DNA from: Dehalococcoidia bacterium
Lineage (GTDB): Bacteria > Chloroflexota > Dehalococcoidia > Plut-88900
Length of the DNA stretch: 64,000 nucleotides
Reading direction: 5' to 3'
Assembly: GCA_965249275.1 (NCBI GenBank)
Contig: CBDFLQ010000007.1
Location: 736,001-800,000 of the forward strand
Shown here piece by piece: positions 18,027 to 27,180 of this stretch. The notes below the pieces were generated by a model. The model had not been told where the DNA came from. It ran no database searches and saw only the letters and a list, made by a program, of their open reading frames with translations. The first letter of the stretch is position 1; every line of letters begins with the position of its first letter. Position numbers and translations under genes: made by a program.

Positions 18027-18812
18027 ATGAGCAGCGAATCCCTCACTCTACAAGCACTGAATATCGCTCCCGTAAAATCGCTGGGATTGTGCCACCCACA
18101 AACGGTGCACGTTAGTGAGGAAGGAATCATAGAAGACCGGCGGTTCCACGTCATCGACGCGGCTGGACGGCTAATGACTCAGCGTCAGATCAGCAGGATG
18201 GTGCAGGTCAAAGCCGAGTACCAGCTCGACCCTGAGCGGTTGTCCCTGACCTTTCCCGACGGCTCCATCATCGAAGGTAAGCCCGAGCCGGAGGACACGG
18301 TGAAGACGTTCATATTCGGACGCATGGTCGGGGGCCGGGTGGTGGGGGGCGGGTTCGGCGAGGCTCTGTCACACTTTTGCGGCGCCGACCTCCGGCTGAT
18401 AAAGTCCGACAAGCCCGGCCAATGCCAGGACACATACCCGATTTCCATACTGTCTCAGGCATCGCTGGACTTCCTGGGAGGGCAGGAAGGGGTGTCGAAG
18501 CCCATGGACAACCGGAGATTCCGCCCGAACTTCCTCATCGAGAACTCGATGCCCCACGAGGAAGATTTGTGGGTGGGGGAAGAGGTGGCTGTCGGGCCGG
18601 AGGTGCTTGTAAAGGTCGTGGCCAGGGACCCGAGGTGCGCCATAACCACCCATGACCCTGACACGGGGGAGCGTGACATGAACACCCTACGCGTAATCCT
18701 AAGCTACCGCCCCGACCCGCAAGCCGCCTACTTCGGTGTCTACGGTACCGTTTCGAGAACCGGAATGGTCAGTGTCGGGGATGGGGTGGGGGTGGTCAAC
18801 CTTGGCGGCTAA
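18027..18812 (+). CDS. MOSC domain protein (YcbX/mARC-like)
   Basis: PVKS, DRRF, RFRPN, PRC..TT.DP.TG and FG.Y motifs. Confidence 0.92.
   Translation: MSSESLTLQALNIAPVKSLGLCHPQTVHVSEEGIIEDRRFHVIDAAGRLMTQRQISRMVQVKAEYQLDPERLSLTFPDGSIIEGKPEPEDTVKTFIFGRMVGGRVVGGGFGEALSHFCGADLRLIKSDKPGQCQDTYPISILSQASLDFLGGQEGVSKPMDNRRFRPNFLIENSMPHEEDLWVGEEVAVGPEVLVKVVARDPRCAITTHDPDTGERDMNTLRVILSYRPDPQAAYFGVYGTVSRTGMVSVGDGVGVVNLGG
18774..18796 (+). repeat. 23-bp direct repeat, left copy (GTCGGGGATGGGGTGGGGGTGGT)
   Basis: Identical to 19686-19708; the two copies bracket the DUF3800 cassette. Confidence 0.9.
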
Positions 18813-19557
18813 AGCAAGCTAGGCAAGAACAGAGCGAGTCCGTAGTCAAATGGGCTAGCCCGTGCAGCACGCCGGAGTCTCTATCGAATTTATGAGCTAT
18901 TCGTTGAAAGTCTCTTGAGAGTCCGCTGTTGTAGTTCCCATAAATGGCATTAGCGCAGAAATCCGCATACTGCAAGAGCCTGGTATCCCGTGCAGGCGCG
19001 AACAGCGGAATGTCAGCGATATTGTGAAGAGCACCCCATCGAGTTCCTTGCTGTCTCACTCGTTGGGCCAAAAGGGCTATAGTTCGTTGATAGTTCGAAT
19101 CGGCTAAGACAACCAAACCTCTTTGTTGCTCTCGATCATCGAGACTAGCCTGACGGTTTACGCGACCTAGAAACATGTCGAACCTACTACTCAGATCCTC
19201 AAAAGCCAGTTCATACGGATCTTCATTGCGTATTGATGCTAGTCTCTTCTCCACAGCACAGGCAAACAAAACTGCTTTGCGGTTACGGATAATTTCATAT
19301 ACGCGGTCCTTTAGATTACGACGCTGGTCCACAGTCAACTGTTTCCAGGGTTCTGGCAAATGAGCGCGGTTGCCTCCCCTAAGTGCGGAAGCATGGAAGA
19401 AAATAGGATCGCGCTCGCCGGGAAGGAATTCCTTTTGCAAGGAATCCAAGTCTTGGCTGAACCAATGAATTTCTCGCTCGAAAACTGCAAGGCCAGCAAG
19501 AATGAAATAGTTAGCCTCGCCATGATTTCCAGATTCGTCAAGGTAGAGAATGTACAT
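18796..19557 (-). CDS. DUF3800 domain protein (RNase H-like fold predicted)
   Basis: MY.LY.DESG start, FHAS and LQ.ADF.A motifs; more AT-rich than its neighbours. Confidence 0.85.
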   Translation of the reverse strand: MYILYLDESGNHGEANYFILAGLAVFEREIHWFSQDLDSLQKEFLPGERDPIFFHASALRGGNRAHLPEPWKQLTVDQRRNLKDRVYEIIRNRKAVLFACAVEKRLASIRNEDPYELAFEDLSSRFDMFLGRVNRQASLDDREQQRGLVVLADSNYQRTIALLAQRVRQQGTRWGALHNIADIPLFAPARDTRLLQYADFCANAIYGNYNSGLSRDFQRIAHKFDRDSGVLHGLAHLTTDSLCSCLACFSRQG

Positions 19558-19559
19558 AC

Positions 19560-19617
19560 AAAAAGAGAAGTCGGCTGAAGAAAACTTCAACGGGCTTAGC
19601 TAGTAGCCCTGCCGACT
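19560..19617 (-). ncRNA. Candidate three-way-junction RNA upstream of DUF3800
   Basis: P1 AGUCGGC/GCCGACU, P2 GGGCU/AGCCC, P3 UGAAG/CUUCA, then UCUCUUUUU. Begins at the expected start-site distance from the promoter. Confidence 0.7.
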
Positions 19618-19623
19618 AACAGA

Positions 19624-19652
19624 ATCGTATCAATTCTCTAAATAGATGTCAA
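19624..19652 (-). promoter_or_regulatory. sigma70-type promoter
   Basis: TTGACA(19652-19647)-17 nt-TACGAT(19629-19624). Confidence 0.75.
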
Positions 19653-19685
19653 ATCAACATACGAGGCCCTACTCCCCACGCAGGC

Positions 19686-19708
19686 GTCGGGGATGGGGTG
19701 GGGGTGGT
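19686..19708 (+). repeat. 23-bp direct repeat, right copy
   Basis: Identical to 18774-18796; continues GGGGTAG, which reads VGDGVGVVG-stop in the MOSC frame. Confidence 0.9.
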
Positions 19709-19721
19709 GGGGTAGAGAGGC

Positions 19722-20357
19722 CTACTCCTGCCCCGGGACCCAGAGGCCCTGCTTGCGGCGGTCCTGGTCTATGCGCTGCATGACCTGCTGAAACACTTTG
19801 TAGGGCTGGGCGCCCGAGATCAGATGGCGGTCCAGGATGAAGGCGGGTACGCCTGAAATGCCGTAGGCCCGGGCCTGCATCAGTTGGTTTGCCACTGTGG
19901 GCCGGTACTGCTCTCCACCTCCCGACGCCTCGTATTCATCCCAGTCCATGCCGCACTCTTCGAAGATTTCCTTGAGGACATCATCAACACCGATGTTGCG
20001 GCCCTCTTCCCAGAAGGCTTTGAACACTGCCTTGTGGAAGTCGTCGAAGCGGTCCTGTTCCTTGGCAAACTCGCTGGCCTCAAAGGCGGGGATAGTGTAG
20101 GGAGTGACCTGTTGTCGGCGCATCTTGGTAAGGCCCGCCTCCTCGGCGGAGTCCTTCATGTGGCCTCGGAGGTCGGAAGTCTCACCTTCCTTGAAGGGTC
20201 GAGGTGTGCCCTCGGGCGGGGTGCCGGGCACCAGTTCGAAGGCCAGCCACTCGACATCAACGTCGTATTCCTCAGCCAATCTTTCGGTCCGTTCCAGGCC
20301 GATGTAGCACCAGGGTCAGATGTAGTCCGAAAAGATCTGTACTTTAACGGGTTCCAT
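19722..20357 (-). CDS. DsbA/FrnE-family oxidoreductase, selenoprotein (UxxC)
   Basis: ATG 20357 gives MEPVKVQIFSDYI-TGA-PWCYIG in frame with the rest of the protein (GISGVP.F, GAQP). The TGA sits at the first Cys of the family CPWC motif. Confidence 0.85.
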
Positions 20358-20455
20358 GTCTATTCACCTGCCTGTTACCGGGTCAATGATGTCCGAAGGC
20401 CGTCCAGAGACGAGTGTAAGAGTGAGAGAGCGAGGGTGTCAACGACGGACCATGG

Positions 20456-21391
20456 TCAAAGCTTAGGCAGCACGTCCTCGGCTAGGATGTGACTATGCTC
20501 TGTAGGGTCGTATACGGGGTTGAGCATGAGCATGTCCAGGTCCTCCTCTACCACGCTAGCAAGCTCTTCAATCACCTGCTCAACGGGCCCATACACTGCC
20601 ACCCGATCCGCAAGCTCGGAGTTGTGGTAATACTCTCCGAACCACTGGCGCATCTTCCGGCCCACCGACTCCCTGTCTGGTCCAATGCCGATGAATATCC
20701 GCTTCGATATCGGGAAATGGGCTGGGTCCCGACCCTCCTTTTCCAAGAGCCCGCGCACGAAGACGATTTGGTCTTTGAAATCGGCGATAGTAGACGCTCC
20801 CGCACCCATCCATGCATCGGCGTACTTCACGGCTCGTACCAATGCCAGCCTGGCGTGGCCTCCGATCCATATCGGGGCGCGGGGCTGTTGGAGAGGCTTC
20901 GGGGCGATAGTTACCCCGTCCAGGTCCAGGAACCTACCTTTAAAAGTAACCTCCGGCTGGGTCCAGAGTGCCTTGATCACCTCGATTTGTTCCTCGAAGC
21001 GGGTGGCACGGGCCTCGGGGGTGATGCCAAATGCGGGGTAGACCTCGGTATCGCTGCCGATTCCAAGGCCCATGATGAACCGCCCACCGCTGATCTGGTC
21101 AAGGCTCGCGCCGCTCTTTGCGAGATGTACGGGACTGCGGTAGGGGGTCACGATAACCGATATCCCGAGCTTTACTTTGGTCGTGTGCCGGGCGGCGTAG
21201 GCAAGCAGGACGAATGGGTCAAGAGTCTGGATGGTGCCTATGGCCTGGTCGTGGGTCCACACGCTGTCGAAGCCCAGGGACTCGACCAGCCTGAGATTTT
21301 CCCCGATTACGGATATGTCGAAAGGACCATCGGGGAAGGTCTGGGGGACTGCTATTCCGACCTTGGTCCGTTTCCCAATGACTATGCTAAT
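20456..21391 (-). CDS. LLM-class (probably F420-dependent) oxidoreductase
   Basis: GFDSVW, LAK..ASLD..SGGR...GLG and PKP.Q.P.PIWIGG motifs; probable ATT start after GGAG. Confidence 0.9.
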   Translation of the reverse strand: MSIVIGKRTKVGIAVPQTFPDGPFDISVIGENLRLVESLGFDSVWTHDQAIGTIQTLDPFVLLAYAARHTTKVKLGISVIVTPYRSPVHLAKSGASLDQISGGRFIMGLGIGSDTEVYPAFGITPEARATRFEEQIEVIKALWTQPEVTFKGRFLDLDGVTIAPKPLQQPRAPIWIGGHARLALVRAVKYADAWMGAGASTIADFKDQIVFVRGLLEKEGRDPAHFPISKRIFIGIGPDRESVGRKMRQWFGEYYHNSELADRVAVYGPVEQVIEELASVVEEDLDMLMLNPVYDPTEHSHILAEDVLPKL

Positions 21392-21498
21392 GGTGCAACT
21401 CCAAGTGCAGTATGGAGTCATTTTAGCAGGGGGAGCCACGGATGGGGAAAGCGGCCCGCATGTGGACTAGCCCCGATGTTGGAGTTAACCTTACTACC

Positions 21499-22941
21499 AT
21501 GGCCGAGACCTCTGCAGAAAGCCAAGAGCCAGGGCTTCTCCCAGGCCCGGGCCCCTCACTGGCAAAAGGGGCAGGTCCGGGGGCCGAAACAGCAATCAGA
21601 AGACCAAGAATCTTCTATGGCTGGTACATGGTCGTCTGCGGATGGGTCTCACTTACCCTCGGCTACGGTATCCTCTTCTCTGCACCCCTCATTTTCTTCG
21701 AGTCCTGGTCCGACACCTTTGGCTGGGGCCGCGGCACCATCTCCAACGCGTTTTCACTTAGCCTTCTGGCTGTGGCTCTAGCCTCGCCGGGTGCAGGCAA
21801 GATTACCGACAAGTACGGCTCGCAGCCCGTTATGTTGTTCGGGGGAGTAATGTTGGGGGTGGGGGTGTTCCTGCTCCGCTGGATCTCTGAGCCCTGGGAA
21901 CTGTATGCGGCGCTGATGATCGCTGCCCTGGGGTTCGCGTTTTCCGTGGCCGTACCGGTCAACGTACTCATAGCCCGATGGTTCGAGCGTAGGCGTAGTC
22001 TTGCGATAGCGATTACGTATACGGGCATCGGAGCCGGGGGACTGATCACCATTCCTTTGGCCACAGCCTTCATAGAACTGTACGGGTGGCAGACTACCAC
22101 CACCATATTGGCCATTACAGTGTTGGCTCTGCAAATTCCCCTGAGCATATTCGTAGTCCGCAGAGATCCGCAGTCCATGGGTCTGCGCCCCGACGGCGAC
22201 CCGGAAGTTAGTGCCCCGAGCGAAGGAAGACCTTCACGATCGGGTACCCTTTCATCCACCTCGATCCCCGGGGTTACGTTGAGCCAGGCAGCCAAAACGC
22301 TGAAGTTCTGGGTAATCGGTGTGCTGTTCTTCGTGGCGTTATGCAGCTCCTTCGGGACCTTCACCCAGACCCAGCCTTTCCTGGGAGACCTCGGCTATGT
22401 ACCTGAGGTGGCATCGGCTCTTCTTGCGGCCAACGGTGGGATGGTGATCTTCAGCAAGTTCTTGTACGCGTACCTTAGCGACAAGGTCCCCATCAAGGCT
22501 ATCCTGGGCACGGCCACCATCGGAGCTATGATGGCCCCGACTGTGATGTTCAGTGTGGTCTTCCTGGATGCGCCGAGATTCATGGGATTATTGATACCCC
22601 TTATCCTGGCCAGTGCGGGAACGGCGTTCAGCGCCATAGTTCCGATAGTGGCAGCCTCGAATTTCGGAATAAGGAACGTGGGAGCGATATCGGGTGCATT
22701 GGGCAGCTTTGCGCTTTTCGGGATGGCAGCGGGTCCGACCATAATCGGCAATATGTATGAATTGAACGATAGCTATGCTTTGCCTTCCGGGATGTTTATG
22801 GTCTGCATGTTCGGGGCCTTTCTGATGCTCATGAGGGGGCCGGCGCTGGGGGGAGGCAGCGGGCAATTCGCACGCCGATTTTTGCGAAGGCGGGGCTCCG
22901 GTGAGAGGGAACTGGGTGCACAGTCGGGAGACAACGGTTGA
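21499..22941 (+). CDS. MFS transporter
   Basis: IFYGW, GKITDKYG, WF.RRR and GLRPDG motifs. Confidence 0.9.
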   Translation: MAETSAESQEPGLLPGPGPSLAKGAGPGAETAIRRPRIFYGWYMVVCGWVSLTLGYGILFSAPLIFFESWSDTFGWGRGTISNAFSLSLLAVALASPGAGKITDKYGSQPVMLFGGVMLGVGVFLLRWISEPWELYAALMIAALGFAFSVAVPVNVLIARWFERRRSLAIAITYTGIGAGGLITIPLATAFIELYGWQTTTTILAITVLALQIPLSIFVVRRDPQSMGLRPDGDPEVSAPSEGRPSRSGTLSSTSIPGVTLSQAAKTLKFWVIGVLFFVALCSSFGTFTQTQPFLGDLGYVPEVASALLAANGGMVIFSKFLYAYLSDKVPIKAILGTATIGAMMAPTVMFSVVFLDAPRFMGLLIPLILASAGTAFSAIVPIVAASNFGIRNVGAISGALGSFALFGMAAGPTIIGNMYELNDSYALPSGMFMVCMFGAFLMLMRGPALGGGSGQFARRFLRRRGSGERELGAQSGDNG

Positions 22942-24155
22942 GCTTCGACTTTGACGTGGGGGTGATAGGCGGGGGGATACTCGGGCTCTCAGCGGCGCGG
23001 GAGTTGGGGCTCAGGTTCCCGGGTCTCGGCATTGTTGTCATCGAGAAAGAGAAAGAATTAGCCCGGCACCAGACGGGACACAACAGCGGCGTTATCCACT
23101 CCGGCATCTACTATAAGCCCGGCTCATTGAAGGCGCACAACTGCGTTACCGGGGCCCGGATGCTTACCCAGTTCTGCGACGACCACGGCATACCCTACGA
23201 AAAATGCGGCAAGGTAATCGTCGCGGTGAACGATTCGGAGATTCCGGCCCTGGAGGAACTACACCGTCGGGGAACGGCGAACGGAGTCCCGGGCCTTCGA
23301 AGGGTCGGGCCGGCTGAGCTAAAGGAGCTTGAACCCCACGCCCGAGGCGTCGCCGCCCTACACTCCCCCGAGACCGGGATAATCGACTACACCCAGGTGG
23401 CCAAGGCCTACGCCTCAGATTTCAAAGAGTCGGGGGGCCGAGTCTCCTTGGGGACAGCGTTGCTGAGCATCAATCCCTTACCCAGAGGAATGGAACTTAT
23501 CACGTCAGGCGGCAGCCTGCGCGTGAAGCATCTTATCAACTGTGCGGGGCTCTACGCTGACGTCGTCTCCGAAATGACGTCGCCCGACCGCGACGTTCGC
23601 ATAGTCCCCTTTCGCGGGGACTATTACACACTATCACCACGGGCCGAGGGTCTTGTGCGCGGCCTCATCTATCCCGTCCCCGATCCCGCTTTCCCCTTTC
23701 TGGGCGTACACTTCACCAAGACCGTGCGGGGGTACACTGAAGCGGGACCCAATGCAGTTCTAGCTTTCGCCAGAGAGGGATACACTATCGGGAAGGTCAA
23801 CGGAGGTGAGCTTCTGAGGACCCTGTACTTTCCGGGGTTCTGGCTGCTGACTCGGCAATATTGGCGCATGGGAATGCAGGAATTCTTTAGGTCGGTGAGT
23901 AAGCAGGCGTTTCTCAAGGCAGCGCGCAGACTGGTACCCGAAATCCAGAAGGAAGACCTGGTGGAGCGAGGGGCAGGGGTGAGGGCACAGGCGGTCGACC
24001 GTAAGGGCCGGTTGCTGGATGACTTTCTGATAAGCAGCAGTAATAATGCGGTACACGTGAGGAATGCGCCTTCTCCGGGGGCAACGGCATCAATTGCCAT
24101 AGGTCGGCATGTCGTAGACGCAGCAGAGAAGGCCTTCGGATTGGACATGGGCTAG
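22938..24155 (+). CDS. lhgO: L-2-hydroxyglutarate oxidase (paralog 2)
   Basis: HQTGHNSGVIHSGIYYKPGSLKA, YPVPDP.FPFLGVHFT and NAPSPGAT motifs. Confidence 0.9.
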   Translation: MSFDFDVGVIGGGILGLSAARELGLRFPGLGIVVIEKEKELARHQTGHNSGVIHSGIYYKPGSLKAHNCVTGARMLTQFCDDHGIPYEKCGKVIVAVNDSEIPALEELHRRGTANGVPGLRRVGPAELKELEPHARGVAALHSPETGIIDYTQVAKAYASDFKESGGRVSLGTALLSINPLPRGMELITSGGSLRVKHLINCAGLYADVVSEMTSPDRDVRIVPFRGDYYTLSPRAEGLVRGLIYPVPDPAFPFLGVHFTKTVRGYTEAGPNAVLAFAREGYTIGKVNGGELLRTLYFPGFWLLTRQYWRMGMQEFFRSVSKQAFLKAARRLVPEIQKEDLVERGAGVRAQAVDRKGRLLDDFLISSSNNAVHVRNAPSPGATASIAIGRHVVDAAEKAFGLDMG

Positions 24156-24169
24156 AAAGGGATGACAAG

Positions 24170-25117
24170 ATGGCAAACCCTCTATTGGTGGACACGCACC
24201 TGCACATATACAGGTCCCGTGAGTGGGGCATCAGACGCCTGGCCACCTACAGCATTGGCGAATACGGAGAGAAGGAAAACGTAACCTCCCCCTCCTCCAA
24301 CGGCAGCGCTGAGGAGGCTATCCAGGACATAGCCAACGCCGGCTTCTACCGTGCAGTCGTCGCCAACATGTTCGTCGAGGACCAGGCCCGGGACTATGCC
24401 ATATTCAACCTCGACACTAACCTGACCGAGCCCCAGCGCGCCGCAGCCATAACCGAGATCGAGTCATCCTCTCCAGCCATGCTCCGGGAGTTTAACTACT
24501 GGGCCTGCGACCTTGCGGCTGAAAACGAGAGCCTCGTCCCCTTCGTAGCCGTGGACCCCAATGCCCTGCCCGGTGAGGAAGGTGCGGCGCATCTAAGAGA
24601 GTTGGTGGAGGGGCGGGGGGCCAAGGGGGTAAAGGTCCATCCGGCACTTCAAAAGTTCGAGATGACGGACCCGCGAATGTGGCCCATCTACCGAGTTTGC
24701 CAGGAGTTGGGTGTGACTTTTCTCAGCCATTCCGGGCCGTCGTCCGACGGGATGCCCTATGCCGAGCCCCGGTCATTTGCACCAGTGCTGGAAGCATTCC
24801 CGAATCTCAAGTTCATCATCGCCCATATGGGCGGGGCTACGTGGGAACAAGCCCTCGATATCGGCAAGGCCTTTCCCAACGCCTACTTCGACAGCTGCGA
24901 GGTAATAGAGTGGACAGGCGCCCCCAAGGCCCCGACGGACGAGCAACTAGCGCAGCTCATCCGTGACATAGGCCCGAGTCGCATCATGATGGGCTCAGAC
25001 TACCCGTGGTACGGCCTAACCCGCAGCGTGGAGCGGATAATGGAGTTGCCCATCCTCACGGACGGCGAAAAAGAAGCGATACTGGGGGCCAATGCCATTG
25101 AAATACTGGGGCTTTAG
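24170..25117 (+). CDS. Amidohydrolase family (amidohydro_2)
   Basis: DTHLH, GVKVHP, IIAHMGG and GSDYPW motifs. Confidence 0.88.
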   Translation: MANPLLVDTHLHIYRSREWGIRRLATYSIGEYGEKENVTSPSSNGSAEEAIQDIANAGFYRAVVANMFVEDQARDYAIFNLDTNLTEPQRAAAITEIESSSPAMLREFNYWACDLAAENESLVPFVAVDPNALPGEEGAAHLRELVEGRGAKGVKVHPALQKFEMTDPRMWPIYRVCQELGVTFLSHSGPSSDGMPYAEPRSFAPVLEAFPNLKFIIAHMGGATWEQALDIGKAFPNAYFDSCEVIEWTGAPKAPTDEQLAQLIRDIGPSRIMMGSDYPWYGLTRSVERIMELPILTDGEKEAILGANAIEILGL

Positions 25118-25155
25118 GCCTGCCGTTCAATCGGGTTGAAGGAGATTCGGAGAGT

Positions 25156-25806
25156 TTGAACGGGGTAGATAAGAAGTCGGGGCCAGTGGTGCTGGTAATC
25201 GACTACGGGGCGAGCAATCTGAGGAGCGTGCAGAAAGCATTCGCCAAACTGGGCTACGAGGCCCGGGTGTCGGGGGAGGCGGGGGATATCGCTGCAGCGG
25301 ATGCGCTGGTACTGCCCGGTCAGGGAGCGGCAAAGCCTACGATGGAGGGGCTAAGGGAACGAGGACTTATCGAGCCAGTTTTGCACTCAATTTCCGAAGG
25401 CCGACCCTTCTTCGGAGTATGTATGGGGTTGCAGGTCCTGTTCGACTTCTCGGCAGAGGGAGACCAGGAGTGCCTCGGGGTCCTGCCGGGGTCAGTCGAG
25501 CGGCTGCCCAAAGGAGTCAAGCAGCCCCACATGGGTTGGAACAATGTGGAACAGAGCCACTCAAGTCCCCTCTTCAACGGCATTCCGGACCGCTCCTACT
25601 TCTATTTCGTTCACAGCTATCACCCCGTGCCACGGGACCCGGACCTGATGCTGGCCACCACCGACTACGGCCGCACGTTCTGCTGTGCCGCATCCCGGGA
25701 CAACGTGGTAGCAACGCTATTCCACCCGGAGAAGAGCGGTACCCTGGGTCTCAGGATGTACGAAAATTTCATGCAGAACTGGGTTCTGGACCAGACATGG
25801 AAGTAA
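25156..25806 (+). CDS. hisH: Imidazole glycerol phosphate synthase subunit HisH
   Basis: DYG..NL.SV, LPGQG, GVCMGLQ, PHMGWN, YFVHSY and FHPEKSG motifs. Confidence 0.95.
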   Translation: MNGVDKKSGPVVLVIDYGASNLRSVQKAFAKLGYEARVSGEAGDIAAADALVLPGQGAAKPTMEGLRERGLIEPVLHSISEGRPFFGVCMGLQVLFDFSAEGDQECLGVLPGSVERLPKGVKQPHMGWNNVEQSHSSPLFNGIPDRSYFYFVHSYHPVPRDPDLMLATTDYGRTFCCAASRDNVVATLFHPEKSGTLGLRMYENFMQNWVLDQTWK

Positions 25807-26510
25807 TCCCGGCTATCGACCTGAAAGGCGGGCGCTGCGTCCGTCTTCTCCAGGGTGATTTCGATAAGGAGACCGTATTCTCGACGGACCCGGGAGCCGT
25901 GGCTCGGGGTTGGGAGCAGGCCGGCGCGCCGAGAATCCACGTAGTCGATCTGGAGGGGGCTGCCTCAGGCCGACCCGAAAACGCAGAGGCCGTGGCCCGC
26001 ATCCTTGAAAGTGTGGATATCCCCGTCCAGCTCGGCGGTGGGGTCCGAAACATGGAAACGCTGGAAAGCTGGTTGGACAAAGGCGTCCAGAGGGTGGTGT
26101 TAGGCACTGCGGCGGTGGAAGACCCGGACTTCCTGCAAGAGGCGTTGCGAAGATTTGGGGGGAGTGTAGTAGTTGGCATAGACGCAAGGGATGGACGAGT
26201 GGCAGCCTCGGGGTGGAAGAGGACAACGGAGGTCGACGCAATCGAACTGATCGAACGGATGAAGGGATTTGGGGTCCGGCGCATCATCTACACGGACATA
26301 TCACGAGACGGGATGCTATCAGGGCCGAACCTGGAGTCCGTGCGCCAGGTGGTGTCGAAAACTAAGGTGCCGGTTATCGCGTCGGGAGGCGTCTCGACCA
26401 TCGAACATTTGAAGTCACTGAAAGAGCTGGGCGTTGAGGGTGTGATAGTCGGCAGAGCCCTTTACACAGGTGATGTGAATCTGAGAGAAGCTATACAGAC
26501 AGTGGGCTAG
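25797..26510 (+). CDS. hisA: HisA (ProFAR isomerase)
   Basis: VIPAIDLKGGRCVRL.QG, HVVDL, GGGVR, TDISRDG and IASGG motifs; true start 25797. Confidence 0.95.
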   Translation: MEVIPAIDLKGGRCVRLLQGDFDKETVFSTDPGAVARGWEQAGAPRIHVVDLEGAASGRPENAEAVARILESVDIPVQLGGGVRNMETLESWLDKGVQRVVLGTAAVEDPDFLQEALRRFGGSVVVGIDARDGRVAASGWKRTTEVDAIELIERMKGFGVRRIIYTDISRDGMLSGPNLESVRQVVSKTKVPVIASGGVSTIEHLKSLKELGVEGVIVGRALYTGDVNLREAIQTVG

Positions 26511-26525
26511 GCAGGAGTCTTATAC

Positions 26526-26810
26526 ATGACTGCAGAACGAGCCAAATCAACCATATTCATCGACAACGATAGGGTGAGGGTCCTGGAGTGGCGCTTCGCG
26601 CCGGGGGCGGAGGTGGGGCATCACGTCCACGGGCTGGACTACGTTGTGGTCCCGATCATGGACGGGAACCTCAGGGCGGTGACCTCCAAGGGGGAGTCGG
26701 TCAATCAACTCAAGGTCGGCCAGCCTTACTTCAGAAACGCCGGCGTAGAGCACAACGTCATAAATGCGAACGAGGGTGAGTTCGCGTTTATCGAGGTGGA
26801 GATAAAATAG
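26526..26810 (+). CDS. Cupin domain protein
   Basis: H.H..DYVVVP and GVEHNV.N...FIEVE motifs. Confidence 0.85.
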   Translation: MTAERAKSTIFIDNDRVRVLEWRFAPGAEVGHHVHGLDYVVVPIMDGNLRAVTSKGESVNQLKVGQPYFRNAGVEHNVINANEGEFAFIEVEIK

Positions 26811-26830
26811 AGGCCAGCAGGCCTATTCTT

Positions 26831-27142
26831 CTATCGCCAGTTTTCGTCTGAGGGGTAGATGTTGGTGCCGAGGGTGCGGGAGTAGGGCTTGGCAAGCCAG
26901 TTCTTGGTGGTGTCCCGCCACTTGACGAAGTGGGGGGCTTCCCTGTGAGCCGCAATCGCAGCGTCGTCTTTGTAGACTTCATACAGGTGGACTCGGTTGG
27001 GGTCTTCATTGTCCTGGAGGACGTCGAACCGCAGGCAGCCGGGCTCGTCATCATTGGCGCCCTTCGCGTCCAGAAGCAGCTCTTCCATGAATCGTTCCTT
27101 GAACTCGGACTGGATGTCGATGGTAACCAGCAGCGCTATCAT
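26831..27142 (-). CDS. ABM-family putative quinol monooxygenase (LsrG-like)
   Basis: EPGCLRFDVLQD..DP...LYEVY.D..A..AH...PHF. Confidence 0.88.
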   Translation of the reverse strand: MIALLVTIDIQSEFKERFMEELLLDAKGANDDEPGCLRFDVLQDNEDPNRVHLYEVYKDDAAIAAHREAPHFVKWRDTTKNWLAKPYSRTLGTNIYPSDENWR

Positions 27143-27180
27143 AAGTTTCTCCTAAATCTAAGCTGTATTGGAGCCTTGCC

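Noticed and set aside
20316-20318. dsbA as a pseudogene with a premature stop
   Set aside because: The TGA falls exactly on the catalytic Cys codon, the rest of the gene is intact and a SECIS-like hairpin follows; selenocysteine is more likely.
20489-21781. Long antisense ORFs (430 aa here; also 35110-36249, 32779-33738, 62370-63458, 30238-31119)
   Set aside because: Shadow frames opposite well-supported genes in GC-rich DNA; no recognisable motifs.
25419-25796. N-terminal extensions or apparent fusions in ORF-track entries (hisA 363 aa, methyltransferase 356 aa, CoA-transferase 548 aa)
   Set aside because: The extensions overlap neighbouring genes and family homology begins at internal starts.
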